Below, in pieces: positions 29,809 to 40,269 of a stretch of 64,000 nucleotides of DNA. The translations under genes were made by a program, and so were the position numbers. This DNA comes from an uncultured delta proteobacterium (GTDB lineage Bacteria; Desulfobacterota; Binatia; UBA9968), in assembly GCA_963728565.1 (NCBI GenBank), contig CAVSLC010000013.1:192001-256000 (forward strand), written 5' to 3'. Under the pieces are notes generated by a model. The model worked only from the letters and a program-made list of their open reading frames with translations, did not search any database and had not been told where the DNA came from. How positions within the stretch are numbered: the stretch's first letter is position 1; every line of letters begins with the position of its first letter.

Positions 29809-30725
29809 TGAGACAAACGATGAATCTCCAAGGGCGTATCGCCCGCAACAAAACGGTTGATCGCCTCTTCGTCCTGTTCGGAGTATTCGCCACTTTCGTT
29901 GGCCTGCTTACTTTGGCGGCGCTTCTGGCGGACCTCGCCATAGATGGGATAGGCAGGCTTAGTTGGGAATTCTTCACGTCCTTTCCTTCGCGTTTTGCCT
30001 CCCGGGCCGGCATCCTTTCCGCCTGGGTCGGCACGATATTAGTCATGATCGTCACCGCGTTTACGGCCGTTCCTTTGGGAGTGGCTGCGGGAATCTACCT
30101 CGAAGAGTATGCGCCCAAGAACTGGCTCACTGCCATAATCGAGATCAATATCGCCAATCTCGCCGGAGTTCCGTCGATCGTATACGGCCTAATGGCTTTG
30201 GGCCTGTTCGTCTACCAGCTTCGCCTCGGACATAGCATCTTAACTGCCGGCCTAACTTTGGCATTGTTGATTCTACCGATCGTGATCGTTGCCACACGCG
30301 AGGCCATCAGGGCGGTGCCGGGGACTATCCGCGAAGCGGCCCTAGCCCTTGGGGCAACCAAGTGGCAAACGGTTAAGGACCATGTTGTTCCCTACTCTAC
30401 CGGGGGGATTTTGACCGGCGTGATTATCGCCTTGTCTCGCGCGATCGGAGAGACCGCCCCGCTCATCACCATCGGTGCCCTGACATTTATCGCGTTTCTT
30501 CCGGGTGCTCCCATCAAAGCTGAATTTCCGTTTATCTCTCTCGAATGGCTGATGTCGCCTTTTACCGTGATGCCGATACAGATGTTCAACTGGATCTCAC
30601 GCCCCCAAGAAGAGTTTCATTTAAATGCCGCCGCCACCGGTCTTGTTCTAATGTTCATGACTCTGATGATGAATGCGGTTGCGATCTATCTGCGTTACCG
30701 CTTCCGCAAGCGTATCAAATGGTGA
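29808..30725 (+). CDS. pstA: phosphate ABC permease PstA
   Basis: NLAGVPSIVYG, EAALALGAT, SRAIGETAP. Confidence 0.95.
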   Translation: MRQTMNLQGRIARNKTVDRLFVLFGVFATFVGLLTLAALLADLAIDGIGRLSWEFFTSFPSRFASRAGILSAWVGTILVMIVTAFTAVPLGVAAGIYLEEYAPKNWLTAIIEINIANLAGVPSIVYGLMALGLFVYQLRLGHSILTAGLTLALLILPIVIVATREAIRAVPGTIREAALALGATKWQTVKDHVVPYSTGGILTGVIIALSRAIGETAPLITIGALTFIAFLPGAPIKAEFPFISLEWLMSPFTVMPIQMFNWISRPQEEFHLNAAATGLVLMFMTLMMNAVAIYLRYRFRKRIKW

Positions 30726-30763
30726 CCGGTACAAGTGTGAAAAACAAGGTGAATGGGGGTACA

Positions 30764-31615
30764 ATGGCTCTGCAGGAACAATCGGCAACATTGAGGACGC
30801 GAGACGCCTGTAGTGAAACGAGACGGAGCGATGCCAAAGATAAGCGTACCTGAAATATCTCCGCCCATCATCCAAATTAAAGATTTGAATTTCTATTATG
30901 GTTCTAAGCATGCCCTAAAATCCGATAACAGTCGATATCTCCGAGAAAAAGGCTACCGCGTTTATCGGCCCTTCGGGGTGTGGTAAAACGACTCTGTTGC
31001 GCTGCTTGAACCGCATGAACGACCTCATTGCCAATGTTCGCGTCACCGGCAGCATCACTCTGGAAGGCAAGGACATTTATGGCTCCTCCACAGACGTCAT
31101 CCAATTGCGCCGGCGAGTCGGCATGATCTTTCAGAAATGGAATCCATTCCCGAAAAGTATCTATGAAAACGTGGTGTACGGGTTACGCATTGTCGGCATC
31201 AACGACCGTCAGCACTTGGATGAAGTGGTTGAGAGCACCTTGAAGCGGGCGGCGCTTTGGGAGGAAGTCAAAGACACGCTTCATAAGAGCGCGGCTGAGC
31301 TCTCGGGCGGGCAGCAACAGCGTCTTTGCATCGCAAGAGCCCTCGCCGTCGAACCCGACGTATTGCTGATGGACGAACCTTGCTCGGCTCTGGATCCTAT
31401 CTCTACAGCGAAGATCGAAGAACTCATTCATGAGCTCAAAGACGCGTTTACCATCGTCATTGTTACCCACAACATGCAACAGGCGGCACGCGTTTCGGAC
31501 CATACGGCGTTCTTTTATCTCGGCGAAGATAATAGAATATGGCGAGACTGGTAAACTTTTTACTAATCCAGATAAACGGCAGACTGAAGACTACATCACC
31601 GGGCGATTCGGATAA
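30764..31615 (+). CDS. pstB: phosphate ABC ATPase PstB; frameshifts near 30840, 30923 and 31524
   Basis: [63 protein letters not shown] across frames; start approximate. Confidence 0.9.
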
Positions 31616-31627
31616 GCGGAGGAGCCA

Positions 31628-32314
31628 ATGCAAACCGCGCATACGGATAAAAGGTATGAGGAAGAGCTTAAGAAACTCCGCGAAGAAATTCTTTACATGG
31701 GAGGATTGGTAGAGGATCAGATACAAAAAGCAGTGAAATCACTCGTCGACCGGGACTCCAACTTGGCCGAAGTGATCATCGAGCGCGATCATGAGGTCAA
31801 CCGCCTGGATGTCAACATTGACGAACTTTGCATCCGTTTGCTCGCGCTTCATCAGCCCGCCGGGCGGGATCTTCGCTTCATTACTACCGGGCTGAAAATC
31901 ACCACAGACCTGGAGCGGATCGGCGATATGGCGGTTAATATTTGCGAGCGGGCGTTAGAGCTCAATCAGGAGCCGCAGTTAAAGCCGTACATCGACATAC
32001 CGCGCATGGCACAGATAGCCCAGCGAATGATCCAGCAGAGTTTAGACGCTTTCGTTCGCGAGGATACCGATCTGGCGCTTAGGGTTTGTAAGGATGACAG
32101 CGAGGTCGATCAACTCAATGCGCAGATTTTTCGTGAGATTCTCACATTCATGATCGAAAATGTTCAAACCATCAGCCGGGGAACAAAGATCAGTTCCGTA
32201 TCAAAATACCTCGAGCGCATCGCCGATCATGCCACCAATATTGCCGAAATGGTTATATTCATGGTGAAGGGCAAGAGCATTCGGCACATGAAGGAACTGC
32301 CGCCGTCGGTTTGA
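31628..32314 (+). CDS. phoU: phosphate signalling protein PhoU
   Basis: QPAGRDLR, DLERIGD, LERIADHATNIAE. Confidence 0.95.
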   Translation: MQTAHTDKRYEEELKKLREEILYMGGLVEDQIQKAVKSLVDRDSNLAEVIIERDHEVNRLDVNIDELCIRLLALHQPAGRDLRFITTGLKITTDLERIGDMAVNICERALELNQEPQLKPYIDIPRMAQIAQRMIQQSLDAFVREDTDLALRVCKDDSEVDQLNAQIFREILTFMIENVQTISRGTKISSVSKYLERIADHATNIAEMVIFMVKGKSIRHMKELPPSV

Positions 32315-32316
32315 TT

Positions 32317-33040
32317 ATGAGCGGCATACGTCAAAAAATTTTGGTCGTCGAAGACGAACCGGATATTCGGAAACTCATCCAATACAATCTGACGCAAGAG
32401 CGCTATCTGGTGGTGGAAGCGGAAGATGGCGAGCAGGCTCTGAAATTAGTACAGCGCGATACACCGAGCCTTATAATTCTGGATCTGATGCTGCCGGGCC
32501 TTTCGGGCTTGGAGCTATGCAAAATTCTCCGTGAGAGACCGGATACGGCACGGGTTCCCATTCTTATGTTGACTGCTAAAGCCGGAGAGGCCGATAAAGT
32601 TGTCGGCTTGGAAATGGGCGCTGACGACTATCTATCAAAACCGTTTAGCCCGCGTGAGATGGTGGCCCGCGTCCGAGCCATTCTCCGCCGCACCGACTCT
32701 TCCGCTGCGGCCGCGAGAAACTGCACCATCCTACCAAAAAGGGACGCTGAAGATTGATTACAGGACTTACGAGGTTTTTGCTCGAGGGCAACAAATCAGA
32801 TTGACTCTGAAGGAATTTGAGCTTCTGCGTTTTTTGGTCCAGAATTCAAATCGCGTCCTGAGCCGCGACCAATTGCTTGACAGAGTTTGGGGTGGTGAAA
32901 CCTTCGTTACTCCCAGAACTGTCGATGTTCACATCCGCCGTTTGCGTAAAGCGGTCGAAGAAGACGATCGCAGACCCAGGTTGATTTTGACGTTACGAGG
33001 AGTTGGCTATAAATTCGATGAGAAGGCTTTGGCGGAATAG
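32317..33040 (+). CDS. phoB: OmpR/PhoB-family response regulator; frameshift near 32718
   Basis: REC domain (LDLMLP, GADDYLSKPF) and winged helix (LTLKEFELL, RTVDVHIRRLR, RGVGY) in adjacent frames, between phoU and phoR. Confidence 0.88.
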
Positions 33041-34823
33041 CCTTATCTCAAAAGTTTTCTTAAGTTACCTCGCCGTCGTTACCTTACTTTTCACCAGCTT
33101 CTATCTCTATTCCAGCACTGTTGTTAGGGATTTCTATGTGTCATCGCTCGGTGAAAGGCTCGAGCTTGAAGCTCGCCTATTAGCAAAGGCACTACCTTCT
33201 CTCTCAGACAACCACGAGTTTGACCTCCTGTGCCGAAACTTGGCGGCCGAGTTGGTAACCCGCATCACGATCGTCGGCGCTGATGGCCGAGTGCTATGCG
33301 ATTCGGTAGAGGCGTCGGCAACTATGGAAAATCACCGTTGGCGGCCAGAGGTTGTCGATGCCTTAAAGACTGGCTCCGGCTCCTCTTTTAGGTACAGCAC
33401 GACCACAGGCGAAGAGCTATTTTACCGCGCGTTTTTACAAGATGAGGGCGAAAGTCAAAGGATCGTGCGTTTGGCCATCGCTCTTGACGAAGTTCAGGCG
33501 GTTACAAATTCGTTGCGCCGCAGTCTTTTCCTCGGATTCCTTGTCGCCTCGGCGGTCGGCTTGCTCCTCGCCTTTGCCTTTTCCCGGCGCTTGAGCCGGC
33601 GCGTGAAGCGGCTAGTCGAATTTTCCGGTCAGGTGGCGGAAGGAGTTTTTCCACAGAACTTCTTCGGTAAATCGGGACGCGACGAAATTCACCGCTTAGA
33701 ACGCCACCTAAATGACATGAGTGAAAAGATTCGCCAAAATGTTCAGCAGGTTATCGCCGAAAAAGAAAAAGCAAATTCGATTTTGCGGGGCATGATGGAG
33801 GGCGTTTTAGTGATCGATCGAAAGGGACGAGTCTTGGTCATCAACGAGCAAGCGCAAAGAATGTTCAACCTATCTCCCGACCGAGACATCCGTGGCGCCT
33901 CCATATTAGAATTATCGCGCCATCCGGAGATGAAGAAATTAATCGAGCAGGTTTTGGTTTTTGATTTCACGAACGAGCCCTATTCCAGCCAGATTGAGTT
34001 GCATGAAGGTAGATGGTTTCGGATTAATGCGGTGAGCCTCAGGAACAATCAGAGTAGCACGTACGGTTCTATCTTGGTGTTCCACGATATTACAGAGGTT
34101 AAGAAATTGGAAAGAATACGCTCCGATTTCGTGGCAAACGTATCACATGAGCTGCGCACGCCGCTAACAGCGATTCGTGGCTATGCGGAAACCCTTCGTC
34201 AGACTCCGCCGGACGATCCAGCCGACGCACAACACTTTCTGAGTATCATAGAAAAACACGCTGAACGGCTCAGTCGCCTAACGGAAGACTTGCTGACACT
34301 CTCGGACCTCGAATCGGGCAAAATCGAAATAGATTTCAATCCGGTGGATATCAAACGTGTGGTGCAAAGCGTCTCAGAAGTGTTTTCGGACGCAGCCAAC
34401 AAGAAGCAGGTTACCTTAGAGCAGGTCATCGAACAGGGACTTCCTGCCGTGATGGGCGACGTTGATCGTTTGCAGCAACTCCTTATCAATCTCGTAGATA
34501 ATGCCGTCAAGTATACCCCGGTCAACGGAACAGTGACCGTCAAAGCTCAACGAATCACGATCAACAGCAGCATCGACGCAGTTGAACTTTCGGTTACCGA
34601 TACTGGCACCGGAATCCCCGAACACGCTATTCCGCGGCTCACCGAAAGATTTTACCGCGTCGACAAGGCGCGCTCCCGAGACTTGGGCGGCACCGGACTA
34701 GGCCTCGCAATCGTCAAACACATTGCGCAGGCGCATGGAGCAGAATTAAAGATCGAAAGTGCTCTGCACAAGGGCACCAAGGTTTCCGTGTTGCTGCGGA
34801 TAGCCGAGGAAGTATCGACATAA
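33018..34823 (+). CDS. phoR: sensor histidine kinase PhoR (TM-HAMP-PAS-HisKA-HATPase)
   Basis: DFVANVSHELRTPLT, NLVDNAVKY, ERFYRVDKARSR, GTGLGLAIVKH. Confidence 0.92.
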   Translation: MRRLWRNSLISKVFLSYLAVVTLLFTSFYLYSSTVVRDFYVSSLGERLELEARLLAKALPSLSDNHEFDLLCRNLAAELVTRITIVGADGRVLCDSVEASATMENHRWRPEVVDALKTGSGSSFRYSTTTGEELFYRAFLQDEGESQRIVRLAIALDEVQAVTNSLRRSLFLGFLVASAVGLLLAFAFSRRLSRRVKRLVEFSGQVAEGVFPQNFFGKSGRDEIHRLERHLNDMSEKIRQNVQQVIAEKEKANSILRGMMEGVLVIDRKGRVLVINEQAQRMFNLSPDRDIRGASILELSRHPEMKKLIEQVLVFDFTNEPYSSQIELHEGRWFRINAVSLRNNQSSTYGSILVFHDITEVKKLERIRSDFVANVSHELRTPLTAIRGYAETLRQTPPDDPADAQHFLSIIEKHAERLSRLTEDLLTLSDLESGKIEIDFNPVDIKRVVQSVSEVFSDAANKKQVTLEQVIEQGLPAVMGDVDRLQQLLINLVDNAVKYTPVNGTVTVKAQRITINSSIDAVELSVTDTGTGIPEHAIPRLTERFYRVDKARSRDLGGTGLGLAIVKHIAQAHGAELKIESALHKGTKVSVLLRIAEEVST

Positions 34824-34940
34824 AAATTACTTTTCTCTGCACCACCAAACTCATAACTCAACCAAATGGCCGACGCTTCGGTCGATCACAGGACGAGCGG
34901 GACGGCGAATTTATTTCCTGGCATCACCCCAGCCCGATCC
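34823..34940 (+). pseudogene. relic of an LMW-PTP/ArsC N-terminus directly after the phoR stop
   Basis: With one indel reads KITFLCTTNS*LNQMADASVDH...PGITP, aligning to ILFLCEDNASLSQMAEAVAKH...AGIKP of 25366-25806. Confidence 0.5.
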
Positions 34941-35277
34941 TTGCCTTGGCATTATCCGACCGAGCACTGACCAACAAAGTCGTCATTCAGCTTCAGAATG
35001 AAGGTCGTACACCTTTCGGCGCCGTCGCAACCCGTAACGATGATCGATTCGTGGGTCGATACCTCCTCCCCTCGGTTTTGATATGGGACAAATGTCGATT
35101 GCGACCTCTACCATCGCCCACTCTCTTCAAGGATTCAGAAGGGTCGCAATCACGATCACCGGGTTCAGCAGCTATACGTCTTCTAACGCCGTTAAGGAGG
35201 CCCACGTTTGCAGAGCTAACCTTGACAATGACTGAAGCCTACTGCTAGATAGAAAGCTTCACCAGCAATGCATCGGT

Positions 35278-35892
35278 ATGTTCAATTTCGCTCCGCATAA
35301 AGAAAAGTTTTTTGATCTGTTCAAGCAAGCCGCGGAAAATGCTCTGGCTGGCGCTCGAGCGCTCAAAGAAATGCTTGAACATTACGATAACCCTGAAGAG
35401 TCTTGGAGGAAAATCAAAGACCTGGAGCATGAAGGAGATCGTATTACACACAGGACAATCCGCAGCTTAAATCAAACCTTCCTCACTCCGATTGACGCCG
35501 AAGATATTCACGCGCTGATTACTGCGTTGGATAATGTGATGGACGCAATCGAGGCTGCGGCGTCGCGCATGGTCCTTTTTCGCATTGACGCTCCCACCGC
35601 CGAAGCTAGAGAACTGAGCGACATCATCGTGACATCCACAGAACAACTCGTTAAAGCGGTTTCACACATGCCGCGATTGGATGATATCGACGAGTATTGC
35701 ATCGAAATCAACCGGCTTGAAAACACCGCGGACGACATTTATCGCAAAGCCATTGGTCGGCTCTTTGAAAACGGAACGCCTCCTCTGGACGTCATCAAAT
35801 GGCTCGACGTTTACGAAATCCTCGAATCTGCTACTGACCGCTGCGAAGACGTAGCGAACACTCTCGAGACCGTCGGTCTGAAAAACTCCTAA
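35278..35892 (+). CDS. DUF47 / Pit accessory protein (PhoU-like)
   Basis: IKDLEHEGD, TFLTPIDAEDI, LENTAD, LESATDRCEDVAN. Confidence 0.9.
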   Translation: MFNFAPHKEKFFDLFKQAAENALAGARALKEMLEHYDNPEESWRKIKDLEHEGDRITHRTIRSLNQTFLTPIDAEDIHALITALDNVMDAIEAAASRMVLFRIDAPTAEARELSDIIVTSTEQLVKAVSHMPRLDDIDEYCIEINRLENTADDIYRKAIGRLFENGTPPLDVIKWLDVYEILESATDRCEDVANTLETVGLKNS

Positions 35893-35912
35893 GCGCTCCA
35901 TCAGCCCTCAAC

Positions 35913-36911
35913 ATGCTCGACGGCAACCTGTTGCTTCTTCTGGTCCTGGGACTCATTCTGGCCGCCGAATTCGTCAACGGGTGGACCGACTCACCGAACG
36001 CTATCGCCACGGTTGTTTCGACACGAGTGCTTCCGCCTTATCAGGCGCTGATCATGGCGACGGTGCTCAATGCCATAGGCGCCATGTCGGGCACCGCGGT
36101 CGCGGCAACGATTGGCAAGGATATCGTACGTCCAGAAATCATCAATCTTACTACTGTGGCGGCTGCTATGGTTGGAATCATCGTCTGGAGCACGCTGGCG
36201 TGGTACTACGGGTTACCGACAAGCGAAAGTCATGCTCTCATCGCCGGCTTGACGGGCGCCGGACTCGCCACCGCTGGTCCTGAAAGCCTGCTCTGGACGG
36301 GCTGGAGCAAGGTCCTAATCGGTCTGGTATTTTCCTCATTTTTGGGTTTCGGTGGCGGCTTGTTGCTGATGGGCGTTTTATACCGCGCGCTGGCTCACAG
36401 CCGACCGGGTAAAGTCCGGCGCACCTTTGGACGCCTGCAGATTCTCTCGGCAGCGTTCATGGCATTTAGTCATGGTTCCAACGACGGCCAGAAATTCATC
36501 GGCGTGTTTACTTTGGCTCTCCTACTTGGCGGAATTTTACCCGAATTCAGGGTGCCGATCTGGGTGATCTTACTTTGTGCTGTGACAATGGGTGTAGGTA
36601 CCGCCGTCGGCGGATGGCGGATTGTTCGTACGATGGGACTGCGCCTCACCAAGCTTGAACCGGTTCATGGCTTCGCCGCCGAAACTGCCGCTGCGGTCAC
36701 AATCGAGGTGGCCACTCGGCTCGGGATCCCGGTCAGTACAACTCAAACCATCAACACGGCCATCATAGGCGTCGGTGCCACTCGGAGGCTCTCGGCCGTG
36801 CGCTGGGGGGTAACGTTCGAAATCGTTACCGCGTGGATACTGACATTTCCGGTTTGTGGTGCGATCGGCTGGTTGGCGACGAAACTTTTTATCTTCTTTC
36901 AAGCGATATGA
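35913..36911 (+). CDS. inorganic phosphate transporter (PiT family)
   Basis: NGWTDSPNAIAT, GLPTSESHA, HGSNDGQK, PVSTT. Confidence 0.92.
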   Translation: MLDGNLLLLLVLGLILAAEFVNGWTDSPNAIATVVSTRVLPPYQALIMATVLNAIGAMSGTAVAATIGKDIVRPEIINLTTVAAAMVGIIVWSTLAWYYGLPTSESHALIAGLTGAGLATAGPESLLWTGWSKVLIGLVFSSFLGFGGGLLLMGVLYRALAHSRPGKVRRTFGRLQILSAAFMAFSHGSNDGQKFIGVFTLALLLGGILPEFRVPIWVILLCAVTMGVGTAVGGWRIVRTMGLRLTKLEPVHGFAAETAAAVTIEVATRLGIPVSTTQTINTAIIGVGATRRLSAVRWGVTFEIVTAWILTFPVCGAIGWLATKLFIFFQAI

Positions 36912-36935
36912 TAGCGCTTGCCCGGCTCACGAAAC

Positions 36936-37229
36936 TTAGCGCGATGTGAACGAGTAACTTCTGACGGTATTATCCTTGTTGAAGACCACGTACAGATCTT
37001 TGGACTCGCGCAGCTGCCCGAGCTCGTAGTATTGATAACTGTAGACCCAAGTTTCCAGGCCGTTTTCTAGGCCTCTTCTCATTGGTTCACCAAAGTCTGC
37101 ATAAATTTCCCTCTGAGTCGTCACATCGTTTCTGATATTCCTTACCGGCGAGATATCGAAGTTGCGACCCTGATAGAAACATCCGGATAGTATCAGCAAA
37201 GCAAAAATGGCTAGAATGATGCGCCCCAT
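36936..37229 (-). CDS. small lipoprotein, BamE/SmpA-like
   Basis: Lipobox LSGC; TTQREIYADFGEP, ETWVY, LYVVF. Confidence 0.7.
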   Translation of the reverse strand: MGRIILAIFALLILSGCFYQGRNFDISPVRNIRNDVTTQREIYADFGEPMRRGLENGLETWVYSYQYYELGQLRESKDLYVVFNKDNTVRSYSFTSR

Positions 37230-37236
37230 GTTAGTC

Positions 37237-37857
37237 CTATATCTCTCTCCTGCCTTCAAGAGCTTTACCCAACGTCACCGCATCGGTATATTCAAGATCG
37301 CCGCCCATCGGTAGCCCACGGGCTATTCGGGTTACCGAAACGCCCAACGGTTTGATTACTTTGGATAGATAAAGCGCGGTTGCCTCCCCATCCATCGTCG
37401 GATTGGTGGCGACGATAATTTCTTGAACCACTTCGCTCTTGATTCTTGCGAGCAATTCTTTGATGCGTAATGCATCCGGCCCGATACCGTCCAATGGTGA
37501 GATGGTTCCATGAAGCACGTGATAGAGCCCGCGAAATTCCTGTGACCTTTCTACCGCGATCAAATCCGACGGCTCTTCAACAACGCAGATGCTCTGCTGG
37601 TCTCGTTCAGGATTTCGGCAAATTATGCAAACACTCGTTTCGCCGCTTTGCGGATCAACCTCGCTGAATCCGAAGCAAATTCGGCAAAGCCCCATTTCTT
37701 TGCGCAACTTGCCGATACTGTCGGCAAGATTGAAAACATCATCTTTCTTTCCTTTTAACATGTGGAATGCCAGGCGCGCCGCCGTTTTTTCCCCAATTCC
37801 AGGAAGCTTCGATAACTCTTGAACCAGCCGTGCAAGAGGCGCGGGATAAGCACTCAT
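37237..37857 (-). CDS. recR: recombination mediator RecR
   Basis: LPGIGEKTAARLA, C4 zinc finger, YHVLHG, ATNPTMDGEAT, RIARGLPMGGDLEY. Confidence 0.97.
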   Translation of the reverse strand: MSAYPAPLARLVQELSKLPGIGEKTAARLAFHMLKGKKDDVFNLADSIGKLRKEMGLCRICFGFSEVDPQSGETSVCIICRNPERDQQSICVVEEPSDLIAVERSQEFRGLYHVLHGTISPLDGIGPDALRIKELLARIKSEVVQEIIVATNPTMDGEATALYLSKVIKPLGVSVTRIARGLPMGGDLEYTDAVTLGKALEGRREI

Positions 37858-38180
37858 ATGGACAGTCCCGGAATTTTAAGCCCCCCGGTAATCTTACTCA
37901 TCTCCGATGAAGCCATGTCACGTGCCTTACGCATACCATCATTAATTGCAGCCATAATTAGATCCTCAAGCATCTCTTTTTCTTCGGAATTGATTACGCT
38001 TGGATCGATCTTAATCGCCGTAAGTGCAAGCTGACCATTCACCGTCACCTGAACCATACCACCGCCGGCCGATCCATCCACGGTTTTTTGTGCCAACTCT
38101 TCCTGGATCTTTGCCATACGTGACTGCATTTCCTGCGCCTGTTTGAGCAAATTACCCATTCCGCCAATTCCTTTAGCCAT
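37854..38180 (-). CDS. ybaB: YbaB/EbfC nucleoid-associated protein
   Basis: KQAQEMQ, AGGGMVQV, LEDLIMAAINDG; between dnaX and recR. Confidence 0.95.
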   Translation of the reverse strand: MAKGIGGMGNLLKQAQEMQSRMAKIQEELAQKTVDGSAGGGMVQVTVNGQLALTAIKIDPSVINSEEKEMLEDLIMAAINDGMRKARDMASSEMSKITGGLKIPGLSI

Positions 38181-38215
38181 GGATCCTCCTATTTTAACCG
38201 GTAAATCGATCTTCC

Positions 38216-39883
38216 TTAGATTTTGTCGGTCCGAACTCCTTTAATCGAGCCGCCGAAAATCCGCAGCGCTTCCTTAACCATTTCGCTGCCGCTCTCACCG
38301 CTTGCCAGGGCCCCCTGCTGAGACCTGGCAGGTGCAGCGTCCAACTGGCTCAACTGGATTGTCATCTCGCGCGAAAAGAAACGTTTCGCAAAGCTTCTCA
38401 AGAGAGTCATGTTCTCGAGATCTTGGAGATAGTTAAGATGATGCTTCTCGGCAATCCCTATGGTCAAAGATTCGGGTGCAATAGCGACAGCGCTGCCGGA
38501 CTCCAAATGGGACGCCAATAGTTTCTTCTCTTTGCCGATAAACGAGACAAACGTCCGCCAGACCTGGTCTTTGTCCTGTGAAATGGCAGACGCTGAAGAC
38601 GGCGCGGTGGTCGCTTCGACGGGATCTGGACTAACGTCACTCGAGAGCCGCGGTGCTAGCGTTTTGATTCCCACAGGAGCTGCTTCTCGCTCGCTGACTA
38701 GCCGGGTCTCAAGCTGTGTGAGCCGTTCGATCAGTTGACTAACCGGAAGAGTTTTAGGCAGCATCGCTAATCGCACTAGCAGCGTCTCCAAAATGAAACG
38801 AGGATTGGCGGAGCGCGCGATCTCGTCCTCCCCCGCTGCCATAAGCTCGAAATAATCCAATAAAGTATCAAGAGATACGTTTGCCACCTGGGAGCCCAAC
38901 GCCATGACCTCTTGGTCCGGCAAATCGAGAAGTTCCGCTCGCTCTTGATCCGCAAGATCCTTTGGTTTTTTTTGTCCACATAGCTGCGCAACCATCAGAT
39001 TTCGAAAATGCTCCACCAAATCTTTTGACAACCGGTTCAAGTCGCGTCCCTGCTCGGCGGCCTGCCCCACCAATTCCAGGCATCGTTTACCATCGCCGCC
39101 GATGATTGACGCTGAGATCTCAAAAAGCATGCGCCTTTCGGCCAGCCCTAACACCTCCTGCAGCAATATTTCATCTACTTCAGTTGCTTGCTCTGTCCCG
39201 AAGCAGGATAACACTTGCTCCAATAACGACTGAGCGTCTCGCATGCTTCCGTCCGCTTCGCGAGCAACCGCTATCAAAGCGCCTTGGCTGATCTTGAGAC
39301 CTTCTCTGGCGGAAATGTCAGCTAACCGTTGAACTATTTCTTTCAGCGATATGCGCCGGAAATCAAAGCGCTGGCAGCGAGACAAGATTGTCTCGGGCAA
39401 CCGATGCGGCTCGGTGGTGGCAAGAATGAATTTCACCGAGGCTGGAGGCTCCTCAAGGGTTTTCAGCAGTGCGTTGAACGCGTCTTTAGTAACCTGGTGC
39501 ACTTCATCGATAATGTAAATCTTGAACGCGCAGCGCGCCGGTTGATAGCGAACGTTTTCGATGATCTGACGAACCTCATCGATTCCGCGATTAGAGGCGC
39601 CATCAATTTCGATTACATCGATGCAATTTCCCTGGATGATTTCTTTGCACTGAACGCATTCGTTACAAGGGGTTGGAGTCGGACCCTTAGCGCAATTGAG
39701 TGCTTTGGCGAGAATCCTAGCTGCGGTTGTTTTCCCGACTCCGCGAACGCCAGTAAACAGGTAGGCGTGAGCTATACGGCCTGCTCGTATAGCATTCTGT
39801 AAGGTGCGAGTGATGTGACTTTGCCCCGAGACATCTTCAAAGTTCTGAGGGCGCCACTTACGCGCGAGGACTAGATAAGACAT
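38216..39883 (-). CDS. dnaX: DNA polymerase III subunit gamma/tau
   Basis: YLVLARKWRP, GVRGVGKTT, EIDGASN, IIDEVH, TILSRC. Confidence 0.97.
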   Translation of the reverse strand: MSYLVLARKWRPQNFEDVSGQSHITRTLQNAIRAGRIAHAYLFTGVRGVGKTTAARILAKALNCAKGPTPTPCNECVQCKEIIQGNCIDVIEIDGASNRGIDEVRQIIENVRYQPARCAFKIYIIDEVHQVTKDAFNALLKTLEEPPASVKFILATTEPHRLPETILSRCQRFDFRRISLKEIVQRLADISAREGLKISQGALIAVAREADGSMRDAQSLLEQVLSCFGTEQATEVDEILLQEVLGLAERRMLFEISASIIGGDGKRCLELVGQAAEQGRDLNRLSKDLVEHFRNLMVAQLCGQKKPKDLADQERAELLDLPDQEVMALGSQVANVSLDTLLDYFELMAAGEDEIARSANPRFILETLLVRLAMLPKTLPVSQLIERLTQLETRLVSEREAAPVGIKTLAPRLSSDVSPDPVEATTAPSSASAISQDKDQVWRTFVSFIGKEKKLLASHLESGSAVAIAPESLTIGIAEKHHLNYLQDLENMTLLRSFAKRFFSREMTIQLSQLDAAPARSQQGALASGESGSEMVKEALRIFGGSIKGVRTDKI

Positions 39884-39970
39884 ACGGTTCCTTCGAGATT
39901 TTCAGCGAAAGGTCAGATCGCTAAACAGAGACGCGATCTAAGATTTTGCCACGAGTTAGCGAAGAGATTG

Positions 39971-40099
39971 GGATGCCCATTGCTGACAGCCAGGCTACCC
40001 TGTGGCACAGGGGAATTCCGGTACCGCTGCTTCCTTCCGGACCTGACGGGGTTCGCGGCTCCTTCTTGCACAGGACCTAACTATCAGCAATCGACATCC
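39971..40099 (-). ncRNA. ffs: signal recognition particle RNA
   Basis: Minus strand contains the S-domain GAACCCCGTCAGGTCCGGAAGGAAGCAGCGG closed by long complementary arms; canonical position upstream of dnaX. Confidence 0.92.
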
Positions 40100-40177
40100 G
40101 ATTTCGGGAAATAGCGTCGGACTAAACGCACTTGTATTTACAGTCCGACTTTGCTTCCATCGCCCGCGTTTTTTATG

Positions 40178-40269
<92 letters not shown>

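Noticed and set aside
38960-38980. A8 run in dnaX as a programmed gamma/tau frameshift site
   Set aside because: It falls near codon 304, inside domain III and too early to give a functional gamma; it is not the A AAA AAG motif.
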